Assembly (NCBI RefSeq): GCF_004010195.1
Contig: NC_057711.1
Span: 74,850,433 to 74,914,432, forward strand
Length of the DNA stretch: 64,000 bases
Direction: 5' to 3'
DNA from: Chiloscyllium plagiosum
Lineage: Eukaryota
Position 1 is the first letter of the stretch. Every line of letters begins with the position of its first letter. Of the stretch, positions 24,271 to 35,846 are shown in pieces. A program made the translations under genes and the position numbers. The notes under the pieces are model-generated. The model did not search any database. It was not told the origin of the DNA and saw only the letters and a list, made by a program, of their open reading frames with translations.

Positions 24271-25044
24271 CGAAGACTGGCTGCCTTCCTCTCATGAATG
24301 AATTTTTTTACAGATGCATGAGGCTGAACTCTAATGAACAGGTCACCTTAATGATAAACAAACATGGATGCTTTGAGGAAACTCAAGACAAAATAACGAA
24401 ATTACTACCTTCCATTTAATTTTCAATGCTTTGCTCATTTATACCTAAACTTATCTTCTCAGTTACAGTAGGGTAATTTCAAATCTGCATGAACTCACAT
24501 TAATACAACTTATATTGAACTTATTTCCAATGATCATTTCAAAAAAATGCTTAAAAATTTTGAAGCCTGGCATCAAGGAAACAAGGAAACATTTAATTTA
24601 ATAAAACCAGAACTAAAAACAGGAGCAATTCTCAAAATCAAATGTTTCCAAACTGATGACAATTAATAGAAAAAATGTTTTCAAATAAAGCTTCAGTCTC
24701 GATATCCATTTTTCTCTCCATTCTACCAGAAGTAGGATGAGGCCTTGTCGTGTATTGGCTGTGTACTTGTGCTGATGGCAGGTGATTACATGGGGAGATT
24801 TCCCTAGTTACCAATCCTGCAGAAGGCATTGGCAGACCAATGCAGGACATTGACTATAAGCATGGACCAATTCATTGAAAATCCATGGTCCAACCTCAGA
24901 ACCAAAGATGGGAGAAAGGATTGATAGTCACACATACCAGGGTTAACTAAAGGTGATTATGAAGGGACCTATATAATGTATATGCCCTGTCATTCACTCT
25001 CTCCATGATCGATGAACAGTAGCAATAGTGCACATTATATACAA

Positions 25045-25325
25045 GCTGCAGATTATTTTCAAGACTCCTTCGATCACCCTTACCAAACCCAAAATCTCTA
25101 CCACCTAGAAGGATCAAGGCAGACTCATGAGAAGGCCATTATTTACAAGTTCTACTTCCAACCACAAACTACATTGTCATTCCTTCACTGTCACAGGATC
25201 AAAATCCTGCAGTTCCTTTCAGCTGCGGTTCAAGTGAGCAGATCACCACCAACCTCTCAAGGGCAATTATGGATGGCAACAAATGTTGGCCTAGCTAGTG
25301 CTAGGTACATTCCAAAAAAAAGAAT
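25045..25325 (+). mobile_element. LINE 3' end remnant (tail shared with SINE 26215-26445)
   Basis: CAAGTTCTACTTCCAACCAC...CACCACCAACCTCTCAAGGGCAATTATGGATGGCAACAAATGTTGGCC; homologous to 59440-59710. Confidence 0.6.
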
Positions 25326-26012
25326 TCAACATAAAACCACACTACCTGAATAGAATGCTTGCAAGGAAGTTGGGGGAGCAGCCAAAGTGAAAAGAAGAAT
25401 TCTTCATCGTAGGAATCTTAATCCCATCATCTGTGAACATCAATTGCACAAGCTGGTAGGAAACATTTCCAATGAATTAATGCACAGGCAACAGAGGTCA
25501 TGACAATTTTAGTCCCCAGACCTTATTTACATGGCACAGGTGCACCTCCTATGGGAAGGGAGAGTAGGGTGGTTTCCATCCAGGTAGATCAGGTGGCACT
25601 TGAAGAAAGAAAAGTGAGGGGTGACTAGAGGGAGTCTTTCTCGGTTTTTCTCTCACAGTGGAGGCACAGGTCTTCTCTAAACTGGAGGAAAAGCGACAGT
25701 GGCTTCCCCACTTTGGCCACAGTTACTTTGTGCTGTAGTAAAGCCTTCAAGTGTGTGGAGTTCACTCATAAAATTTGATATAAGGGGATCATGTAAACTG
25801 TGGAATGTTTTTGAAGTTGCTTGTTGGACAAGCAAAGTAGATTTGCTCTGTTAGGAGAAAGAAAGTGTTTATCTCCACTCAAAATTCAGGCTGAGTAAAA
25901 GAGTTCTAACTTCTAACAGTGATTTTAAAAATTCTGAAGTATTTACTCAATGACAGAGTTAACCACAAACAAATTAAAAAGTTTTCTTCAGAAACAGACT
26001 TAAAGTATTTTT

Positions 26013-26100
26013 GAGTTCTGAATAAGAGTCATTCCGGTCTTGAAATGTTAACTCTGTTTCTCTCTCCACAGATGCTGCCAGATTTGTTGAATTTCTCTTC
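26013..26100 (+). mobile_element. PLE family B fragment with decayed hammerhead
   Basis: GAGTT-CTGAATA-AGAGTCATTCCGGTCTT-GAAA-TG-TT^AACTC, then TCTCTCCACAGATGCTGCCAGA. Confidence 0.7.
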
Positions 26101-26214
26101 ATTTGTTAAAGTAAATTGATTGACTAAAAACAAAAACACAGGGATCAATATAATTTATTAGAATTCAAATTTTCAGACCCCTAATAATGAAGTTAATTAA
26201 GTCAAATCTTAAGT

Positions 26215-26445
26215 TAAAAAAAAATCTGGAATTAAGAGTCTAATGATGACCTTGCATCCATTGTCAAGCATAGGAAAAAAACCCTTCTGTTCCTAATGTC
26301 CTTTAAGGAAGAAAACTGCCATCATTACCTGGTCTGGCCTACTCATGACTCCAGTCCCAGAGCAAGATAGTTGATTCTTAGCTGCCCTCTAGGAAGTTAG
26401 GGATGGCCAAGAAGTGTTGCCTATGCAGTAAATGAAGAAAGGAAA
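26215..26445 (+). mobile_element. 5'-truncated tRNA-derived SINE
   Basis: AAAATCTGGAATTAAGAGTCTAATGATGACC...CCTGGTCTGGCCTACTCATGACTCCAG; matches 19460-19778 in reverse. Confidence 0.7.
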
Positions 26446-26774
26446 AAAAGGTCAATTCTTGAAGGTGTGGTACAATTAAGGAACATATCCAACATCAAAC
26501 CAAATTGTTTCCTAACCAGCATGTATATTCATGACTTGGAATATAACCTTAAAGAACAGATCAATACTGCAATGGGATAAGCTTTTTTACATAGAAGCAA
26601 CTTTCAATGGAACAACGACATCACTATTTTATTTGTGTAGAATTAACATGGTCGCCCAGTGCAGATGGTAATGACAGAGAAGAAGAAGTAACCTAACTTC
26701 CCGATATATTTGTGTAGTTACATCAATACAATACCCTTCAGCAAACACAACTGGCCTAAAAGAAGCCAGAAGAG

Positions 26775-26903
26775 GAAAAAGAAATGTTTAGAGGGATATG
26801 GACCAAATGCTGGCAGGTGGAACTAGTTTAGTTTGGGAATATGGTTGGTGTGGACCATTTGGACCAAAGGTTCTGTTTCCATACTGTATGATTCTATGAC
26901 TCT
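26775..26903 (+). mobile_element. CR1-type 3' tail
   Basis: TTTAGAGGGATATGGACCAAATGCTGGCAGGTGG...CTGTTTCCATACTGTATGATTCTATGACTCT. Confidence 0.7.
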
Positions 26904-27410
26904 GTAACACAAACTTCTGGGGGTATGCATAAAACCATGTGACAACCATGTAATTAACCTACTACTTACATATCAAATAACTTTCACCATATTATTTTAC
27001 CTTATCTATACAGGTAGATGGTATAGACAATTATTTAGCTAAAATACATGAACTTAGATGTAACTTTAGCAAAATGCATTCAAATTTATAATGTAAAAAG
27101 TATGCAAAATATCCTGCTTCACTGTATCTCTGTCAGTGATCAAATAATATAAGTCTTATGCCAGATTCTAAGTTTGAAATCTATTTACATAATCATATTC
27201 TATCATTGTGTGCAGGAAGAAGAATCAGTCACTCATAAATTAGTTATCAATTTTAATCAATACATTTTAAAAGCTTAACTGTTGGTTATTCCATAATAAA
27301 CACAAACTACTTAAACTAGTGCATTGCAAAGAATCAATCTCTTTCATGTAAGTAGGTACTGCACTAACAATTATACAATATCCTTTGAAAAGCTTATAAT
27401 GAAAGGTATA

Positions 27411-28116
27411 CCATATATACTCATGTATAGATTGAGTTTTAAAGAACTTTTTTTAATTAAAGTTAGGGGGTCAACTTATACACGAGGTATTGTTTTCAGG
27501 GAGATGAACTTCATGCTTGCCATGAGTCAAAAATGGACAAACAAGAGCCAGATCTTTACAAAATAATAAACAATAATACCTTGGATATTAGTAAAGTTAG
27601 ACAAAGTTAAATGGCCCCAGCTTGTCCAAAGTGATAAAACAATTATAATACTTTCATACTGTATAGGTAACATCTGCTGTGGTTGAATAAAAATGTTTGT
27701 AATCCAGCCTTAATTGTCATTCGCATTTCATCTTCGAGTAGTAATAAGTTTTTAAGTACTAGTGAGAGAAAGACAATCACAAACAAGTCAATATCCATAT
27801 GGTCATTTAAAATGTGAAATTTACCTTCCAGGCTGCCTGCCGGTCCCTGAACATGCGGAAACAGTAATTCTGAAAACCTGGAGTGGAGTATGATGGCTGG
27901 CAGACTGGACGACCCAGAACGGAGCAGTACGGTCAGCAGACTGGAAAGCCAGAGTGGAGTACAATGGGCAGACACAGTGATTCATAAATGTTGATCTTTA
28001 ACTGTGAAGAACTAAGGTCAATGTATACATGAGGTGTATGGAAAATACAACATTTCCTGGCCTAAAATAAGAGATTGACTTATACATGGGATTGACCTAT
28101 ACATGAGTATATATGG
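27411..28116. mobile_element. Non-autonomous Tc1/mariner-superfamily (Tc2/pogo-like) MITE
   Basis: Perfect 20-bp TIR CCATATATACTCATGTATAG / CTATACATGAGTATATATGG, TA on both sides, subterminal repeats of the ACTTATACAYG type. Confidence 0.88.
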
Positions 28117-31100
28117 TATTCCTTCAATCCTACTTGATTTTTACATTTATTATATAATAGGAGTACTGAGCCTTAAGGTATACATCAATTGATATTCAAT
28201 GCATTACAAGACTAATTATTGCACTTGATTTTGCCATTTGTACCAACTTATTCTAGTGTAGTATGCAGTAATCAACAATTAATTCAGACTGTCAAGCCCA
28301 TTTTCGTTTAATTATTAAATGCTGTAATTAGAAACTCATAGTTTAATGATCAATATTTTTTTACCCTAGAACAATCCTTCAATTACCCTTTCAGACAGAA
28401 ATAGTAAATGAGTTTGGAAATTTCAATTAACAAGTATCTTTCTTTAAAAAATACAGATTATTTTTATCATTTTATTAACTTCAATAATCATCTATTCATT
28501 TTGTCAAACCATGAGCCAATGAGGAACTGACAGCAATGAGACTTTTCACCTTTTAGTAATATAGATATAATGAAGAGAGCAAATTTTAATGCACTTTCAA
28601 TGAATATTGAATGAGAATTGTCAAGTAAAATCAGTAGCAACTAAGTTAAGTTTGGATAGGATGTGAAGAAAATATTTAAAATTGACAACAAAGGAAAAGT
28701 CAAGAATTGGGGCAAAACCACCCAAGCCACAGAAGTTCATGCTTCTAATATTGTGCCTAAAGAATATCATTTCAGCATTATATTTATTCTCAGTAATCCT
28801 AATGATTTTGCATCTACTGTTCCAGTGTTTTCCTTGTCTGTTCGATTTTCTCAGCATGTTACAGCATAACAGGAGACTATTTGTTCCGTCATGCCAACTA
28901 CTTTATCCAAATCTTCTGCCATTTATCTTTCTTCACTTTGTCATATTTTATTATTTATCCATTTTTCTTTCAACAGATAATGCATAAATTGTTTCTACCA
29001 CAGTTTATTTTGTGGCAATCATGTAAAGAAAATTCTCCAATTATCTCCCTAAATTGTGTAAGTGCTGATTTTAAATTTACACTTTCTAAAATTGACTGGC
29101 AACTGGATACAACATGGCCCTATTTAGCTTATTAGAGCACATCTTAAAATTTCTTATGTACATGAGTGAGGTTCCTCCTACTGACTTAATTGCAGACTTT
29201 TAGACTAGAGCTTCAGTGTTTTACTAAGCTCAAGAAAATCTATACAAATTCACTGTTTGCAAGGACAGTGGTGATGTGTGCATTGGTCTCCTAGCAACCC
29301 GCTCTACTAACCTGCTTTTGTCCTAATCTCTTGAGAGCGGTTTATGTGCTTTGAGCTGTGATTTCATCACGTGAATAGAAGAGCACAGGATTCCTGGGTA
29401 AACAGTGATGTCCAGAGTGGCCTGCTGAATGTGTTTTTATTTTTTGCCTCTTCAGAGCTCTTCTCACAATCTCAGTTCAAAGAGATTTACAGTTTCTTTG
29501 GGTCCTCATATAACATAAAGCCTCTCTTTCACTATTTTAGTTTAGCTTAGTATAGTAAATTATCTGCTTAAATAATGTACACAAAGGATAAACAAATCTA
29601 ATATAATTGGCAGATTGTGTGGTGTGAATGTCAGTTACATAACCTCTTAACAACTCTGCAGCCACTCTGATTCATCAAGAAAGCGCACACTCAAGAGCAC
29701 GCTGTTACTTGATCTTTTTCCATTTCAGCTGGTGCCTGAGTTATGCAAGCTGCTCAATTACAATCAGCCTGTCTTAGAGATCCCGGATTCACACAACTCA
29801 CTTTGTGAGGTCCAAACAATAAATACATGTTCCAGAACAATCAATTGCTATTAAAATAATATTAAAAGTAATCCTATTCAGAGTCTTTTGCTACAGAGAG
29901 TACTGTAGATCCAGGACATTTTTAAATGAAAAGATAACGTTTATAATGAATGGAATATTATAGTTCATGATGAAGTCATACATAAAAAGGAAATGGCCAT
30001 GTTGTTTCACACCACATCAGTATTTCACTAGCCTCTTCTGGTAAGCAGCAACACCATGAGATCTCCATGCTGCATCAATATTTCCCTAGAATGCTGCTGG
30101 GCAAAGTATACCTACATTTATTTGTGAATATTTTGCGTTCAGAAGAAAGAATGCACTTAATGACAATATGACAGCAAAAAAATTCTGTTTCTGAGATTCT
30201 CTTCTTTCACACCATATTCTTTGACCAATTTTGGTCATCTGCTTTATGATCTTTCTGTGTGGCACAGTGTTGAATTTCACTTGGTAACACTTCTGTGAAA
30301 TGTTTTGTTAGGATTAGACACCAATGATTAAAATGTATTTTTGTAAATTGTAATTCCTCTGTGCAATAGATAATAGAATGTTGGCTATATTTGCAACTGA
30401 AGTTGCAGCAAATTCAGCTCTCAGTGCATTTCCAGTGTAATTAATTATTTTGACATGTCACAGGCAAAGTCATTGGATTTTGGTTTTCATAAAAATAAGG
30501 CCAAAGTAATAGTAATGTCCTGAAATCTCTGAGTAGTGGCAATAATTAGTAAATTGTTGCTGTGCTCATATATTCTCCCAACTAGATGCTGCAGTAAATT
30601 CTTCAGGGATTTTCTGAACCTGTTTGTCAAATAAAATGTACAATACAGCAGCCCTTGAAGACCTCCAATGGAGCAGTGTAGAGAAAATGGAACATGTTAC
30701 TTTTTTATGGCACTAGCTGCCAAATGATAAGTTTAAAAGTCCAGTTTTTGAACATTAATGAATAGATGAGTGAATGGGCAGTTAGGTGGTGAGGTTGGTA
30801 GGTGGGTTTAGTCAGCATATGGATTATGTGTACAGGTGGGTGGTTGAAAAGTGGGTGATTGAGATGGGCAGGTGAATAAGTGGATACATGGATCGTTGGG
30901 CTGCTGCATCAGATAATGATTTGGGTTGGACAGCTCTGGTTGGATGTAGTGTATTAGTTGAGTTGGGTGTGGGGTAATTAGGGTACCTGGGTGAGAGTAA
31001 TTGAGTTAGATTTGGTAGTAGCCAGATTGGAGGAAAATTTGGTTGCCTGTAGGATAGTTGGCTTATTTGGGAAGTTGGCCAGGAGGATGGGCAGAAGTCG

Positions 31101-31789
31101 GGTGGTCATGGGGTAGTACAAGTTGGGTCATTTGGACCAGTTGGTTTTGTATGTAACCAGGTGTTAAACCAGGCTTGACTTGATATAATATTCCTGGGTA
31201 ACTATCCAGGTAAGTACTGCTGAATTATTCTGAGCTTTCAATTCTAGCTTAGCTCAGGTAGAGTTCTGGAAAACTAGAGAACTTCCTGTCAACAGCTTAA
31301 ATCTCCTGGACAATTACCACATAGATTCACATGTCAGGGCATCTACAGGATCTCTATGCACATCTTCATCCTGTTTGTGGTGATTCAGATATTGGAAGAT
31401 TTTGCCAAAATCTCCAAAACATTGGTCAAAATCCTTGATGCCCTCATAACCAAAATGGAATTGAACCTATTAAGTAACTTCAAACTGATACTCCTGATTG
31501 TATACCCTTACTGTTTCCAAGTTAGTGCTGTAATAGCTTTTAAATATGTCCAAAGCGTAAGGCATGACTGCCAATTTTTGACCCAATGCTGCAACACTCT
31601 CTTTCACGTTCTCTAGAAGAATCTCCATTTATCATTTTACACTGCAGCAAGTTTATCCAAGAAATACCTTTCTCATGCAGAGGTTCAAGCTTGACCCATG
31701 TTCTGTGCTACTCTCAACTGAAGTTACGTAGAAGTCTATCAGTCAGTCATGGAACTAAAGGATAAGATAAGAAGAAATAAAGTGCTGTA

Positions 31790-31905
31790 GTTAGATATTT
31801 TTAACCCCTCTGTCCAGCAATGATAATGCATACCTCATGAGTAAATGGGATTTGAACCTTGTTCTTCTCGCTCAGAGGTGGGGACACTACCAGTGTGTCC
31901 CAAGA
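31790..31905 (-). mobile_element. Short tRNA-head SINE
   Basis: GGGATTTGAACC reverse B-box, GCTCAGAGGTGGGACACTACCA. Confidence 0.55.
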
Positions 31906-33154
31906 AATCCAATTGAACCTGATTCTTTTTTTTAAGAGAGACTTCTGTCTTTTTTCACCTGTTAGGGTGAAATAGTGTTGCTTATTTTCTGTTTTTTTAA
32001 AAAGTCACCCGTGGTTAAATACTTTTTTTTGTGTTGTGACACAGAAATAAAAGCTATTGTTGTGAATAGACATTATGTGAATTTTTCACCACCAGAAAAA
32101 ACTCCCGTGTGACCAGTTGTGTAGTAACAAGTGAAGCCTGTTAAGGGCAATGCTGACAATAAAAAATAGTGAGGGGATTCTGCAATCATAGCATTGACAT
32201 TATTCAGAAAGCAGCTCTCAAGTAGGAGAATGGAAGGTAGAACAAGGTGGACGAAACACAGGAGTGAAACAAATAGGCCAGAAGCTCTGATTTTAACTGA
32301 ACTAAACCATTTCATTTTGACTTTGCACGTTTCATGATGTCTTTGTATGATGTGATCTCAGCAGCATTTAAAAGAACAATGCACAAAAGGAATTTGGAGG
32401 TTCAAAAATAGATGGTGGACATAAAACAAGAAATGCACCAGGTTAATTGAGCCTTTTCTTGAATTATTTCTAGAGATGGTTAGGAAAAAAAAGGTCATAC
32501 TTCTCTGAGAAAGAAAACTGCAGCTCTTGCCAAAAAGGCATGGAAGTGGATGAGGAGATGACCAGCACCTCTTCTGCATTCAAAATAAGTATGTTATTTA
32601 GGCAACAATTTGGTGAGCTAACCAAGTCGTGAAAAGTCACTTCCATCCTGTACCTTCAGTCCTCTCCACCTTTTCACATTTTCTTACCAGCACGCACACA
32701 ATTGGGTTATTCCTCACACCTATTCACAAGACATAAGCTTTATTTTCACAGCATTTCATCACCTTCTAAAATGGCCCATCCATCATTGCAACTTACTCCA
32801 ATCCTTCAAAATATTAGATCAATCTGTTAAGCACTGTCACCAAATACACTTCGAGATCAACAGTTGAACAAGAAAATCTAGGCTAATTCTGGTTTCAATA
32901 CTTGGGGAGAGCATTGCACGGTTAGATGTGTATTTATCAATTGACCAATTGTCTGTTTACCAGGGGTGAACAGACATCACCTTCCACGTTGACCTTAGCT
33001 GGCAACAAACCAGAATTCATAAAGTTGTTGTTATTCTTTTTTGCTCATGCAAGGTTGTAAATATATGGCTTGGTAGGAGCAGCCACGGTTGCGGTCGGGG
33101 GAACGAGATAAATAGCAAGGGTGTTACCGCCCTGTGCGTACAGATACGGGATGT

Positions 33155-33289
33155 GTGGAGACTGTTTCGCGCGCAAGAGGAGGTCACGTGGAGACTGTTT
33201 CACACGCTAGAGGAGGTCACATGAAGACTGTTTCACACGCTAGAGGAGGTCACGTGAAGACTGTTTCGCGGGCAGAAGGAGGTCACATG
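33155..33289 (+). repeat. 4 x 33-bp tandem repeat
   Basis: Unit (G/A)TG(G/A)AGACTGTTTC...AGGAGGTCAC at 33155, 33188, 33221, 33254. Confidence 0.95.
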
Positions 33290-33340
33290 GGGTCAGACAT
33301 CCGGGAATGCGAGAAGGCGGAGAATGGAGTCAGATCAACA

Positions 33341-33518
33341 GCCAATCAGAAGACAATCCCACCTCAGTGATTGCATGATGTTCTGTACTATATAAAAGAC
33401 TGGGTCAGGGACAGGAATAGGTCGGACTTCGTGAACTGACACACTTTGCTGTTTGTCAGGGATGGGAAGACCTAGACCCAGAGCTCTGTATACTTTGTCC
33501 ACTTACTGCTAAAATAAA
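33341..33518 (+). promoter_or_regulatory. LTR-type promoter and poly(A) signals
   Basis: CCAAT 33342-33346, TATATAAAA 33389-33397, AATAAA 33513-33518. Confidence 0.7.
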
Positions 33519-34118
33519 CTAAGAGTTTGAGACCAAATATCTTCTCCTATTGCTTCATTGAAAGAACACACAGGACTCGGCTCACACATAGAGGAAAGTA
33601 AGATGGTAGATTGAGCCCAAGTCCAACAAGGTGTTGATTGATTGTAGTCACTTGGGCACTATAAAATGATTGGCAACATTCATCAACAAAACAAGACCCT
33701 ATTCTATCATGACTAAATCAACATCAACATTACAGAAAACCTAGAAGCATGCAATGTTGTTGCTAATGTGCCAGTGATGTATTATGGTACTAACCGAAAT
33801 GAATTATACCCTAATTGTTGAGGTGCCTTTGCTAATGACATGCAGTAAATGTACTTTGCTGTAAACTAAATATAACAGTAGCTTCTTGCAAGGTCTTTTT
33901 AACTTTCCTGAGCCACTGCTGGATGAAGCTGGGATCCAATAAAGCATAGCAGGGCACAACAGTTAAATATTCATTTCCCATTTGGTACAAACCTTCCCAT
34001 TTCCTTGGGATGATTTCTTTTCTGCGGCCTAGTGTTTAGTAAAGTTCTTTTCTGCTCTCCTTCCATTTTCTCTCTCTCCGTACGTGCACCTTCTCACATT
34101 TCTTCTTACATCTCGAAA

Positions 34119-34433
34119 TGGCATGGTGGCTCAGTGGTTAGCACTGCTGCCTCACAGCACCAGGGTCCCAGATTTGATTCCAGCCTCGGGTGACTGTCTG
34201 CGTGGAGTTTGCACATTCTCCCCGTGTCTGTGTGGGTTTCCTCTGGGTGCTCTGGTTTTCTCCCACTGTCCAAAGATGTGCAGGTTAGGTGAATTGGCCA
34301 TTCTAAATTGCCCATAGTGCTAGGTGCTTTAGTCAGTGGGAAATGGATCTGGATGGGTTACTCTTCAGAGGGTCAGTGTGGACCTGTTGGGCTAAAAGGA
34401 CTGTTTCCACACTGTAGGGAATCTAATCTAATA
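34119..34433 (+). mobile_element. HE1-type V-SINE
   Basis: Head TGGCATGGTGGCTCAGTGGTTAGCAC, V-domain, (AATCT)n tail. Confidence 0.9.
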
Positions 34434-34727
34434 TCCATTTCTGACATATGGTCATAAACCTGAATCATGCCTTGATACTGTGTGGCTTGCTGAGTCTTTT
34501 CAGTATTTTCTGTTTCATTTCAAAATTGTTCACATTACAATCAAATAGTATAAGTTTGCCCTAGCCCACCATAATGCAAATTTATAGACCTCATCACTCC
34601 ATGTTGTTATCCTTGTGTTTTCTGTACTTTTGTTCAATCTTCCTCGGAGTCAAAAGCTTTGAGTCACAATTGTGAGTTTTTCATATGAAATATGAGTATT
34701 CAAAGCAACAGTTCCTCCACATTATCA

Positions 34728-34880
34728 AAGTTAAAAATCACATAACACCAGGTTAAAGTCCAACAGATTTATTTGGAAGCACTAGCTAGTGCTCCCAATA
34801 AACCTGTTGGACTTTAACCTGGTGTTGTGTGATTTTTAACTTTGTCCACCTCAGTCCAACGCTGGCACCTCCAAATCATG
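34728..34880. mobile_element. PLE family C palindromic mini-element
   Basis: Inverted arms centred on GCACTAG|CTAGTGC (34779-34792); perfect 12-bp TSD TCCACATTATCA (34716-34727, 34881-34892). Confidence 0.88.
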
Positions 34881-35552
34881 TCCACATTATCAGTTCAATT
34901 TTTGGAGTTCTTGAATGAATTAAGTTCTAAGCTGTGCTTAGATTCTTTGTACAAAGACCATATTCTGCTTTTATGGAGGAATAGAGTGCATTACAAGATT
35001 TATACAAAGGATTTACATGGATTTGTCTGTTGGATGAACCCAATCTTCACATTTCAAACTAAGTGGTGATGGTTTTCATGTAATCCTATGGATGAGAAAG
35101 TACTGGAGATCTAAACACTGGACATTCAAAACAGTCAAGCTCTGTGTGTTCAATCGGCACTAGTAAGTACCTCACGAATTGAAAGAAGAGTGGAAAAACC
35201 AGCAGTCCCAATTTAAAGCCACTCTGTCAGATTACTTTTGAAAGAGCCACAGTTGAACATAGGGTATGGTGGAAGTGGTTGGGGAATGAATGCATTTGAA
35301 GGTGTATACGATTAAGATCAATGATTTTCAGCCCCAGCAATTTATCACAAATTTTTGTTAGGCTTCCCTCCTTATTAACACCCTGCAGTGGTTTCCTTCA
35401 TATCAATGGAAGGGAAAATTGAGCTGATTATATAAGCGGTACTTCTACAACAATCTAGTGGTTTTAAAAAAAGCCCAGTTACTCCTGAACTATGGTAGGT
35501 CGCTTTGTCACTAGGGTGTTAGATTTAATTATGGGTGAGAAGTTTCTTTTTT

Positions 35553-35846
35553 TTAGATTAGATTCCCTACCATGTGGAAACAGGCCCTTCAGCCCAACAA
35601 GCCCAGACCGGCCCTCTGAAGAGTAACCCACCCAGACCCATTTCCCTCTGACTAATGCACCTAACACTATGGCCAATTCATCTAACCTGCACATCTTTGG
35701 ACTATGGAAGGAAACCAGAGCACCCGGAGGAAACCCACGCAGAGACAGGGAGAACATGCAAACTCCACACAGTCACCCGAGGCTGGAATCGAACCTGGGA
35801 CCCTGGTGCTGTGAGGCAGCAGTGCTAACCACTGAGCCACCGTGTC
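35553..35846 (-). mobile_element. HE1-type V-SINE inside a CR1 3' remnant (about 35490-36015)
   Basis: Full reverse HE1; CR1 tail resumes TCTCAGAAGGTTGTGAATCTGTGG. Confidence 0.9.

Larger units (their letters stand above)
33056..33588 (+). mobile_element. Probable solo LTR
   Basis: CpG-rich block against an AT-rich background with U3-R-U5 order: tandem repeats, CCAAT, TATATAAAA, AATAAA, ending ...CACACA. 5' boundary uncertain; no TSD identified. Confidence 0.75.

Noticed and set aside
30760..31150. G/T-rich tract as a G-quadruplex or satellite
   Set aside because: No regular period and irregular G-runs; probably the low-complexity interior of an unidentified old repeat.
33155..33289. 33-bp repeats as a CRISPR array, or ORF 33134-33370 as a repeat protein
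   Set aside because: Units are head-to-tail with no unique spacers, there are no cas genes and the context is eukaryotic; the ORF is a by-product of a unit length divisible by 3.
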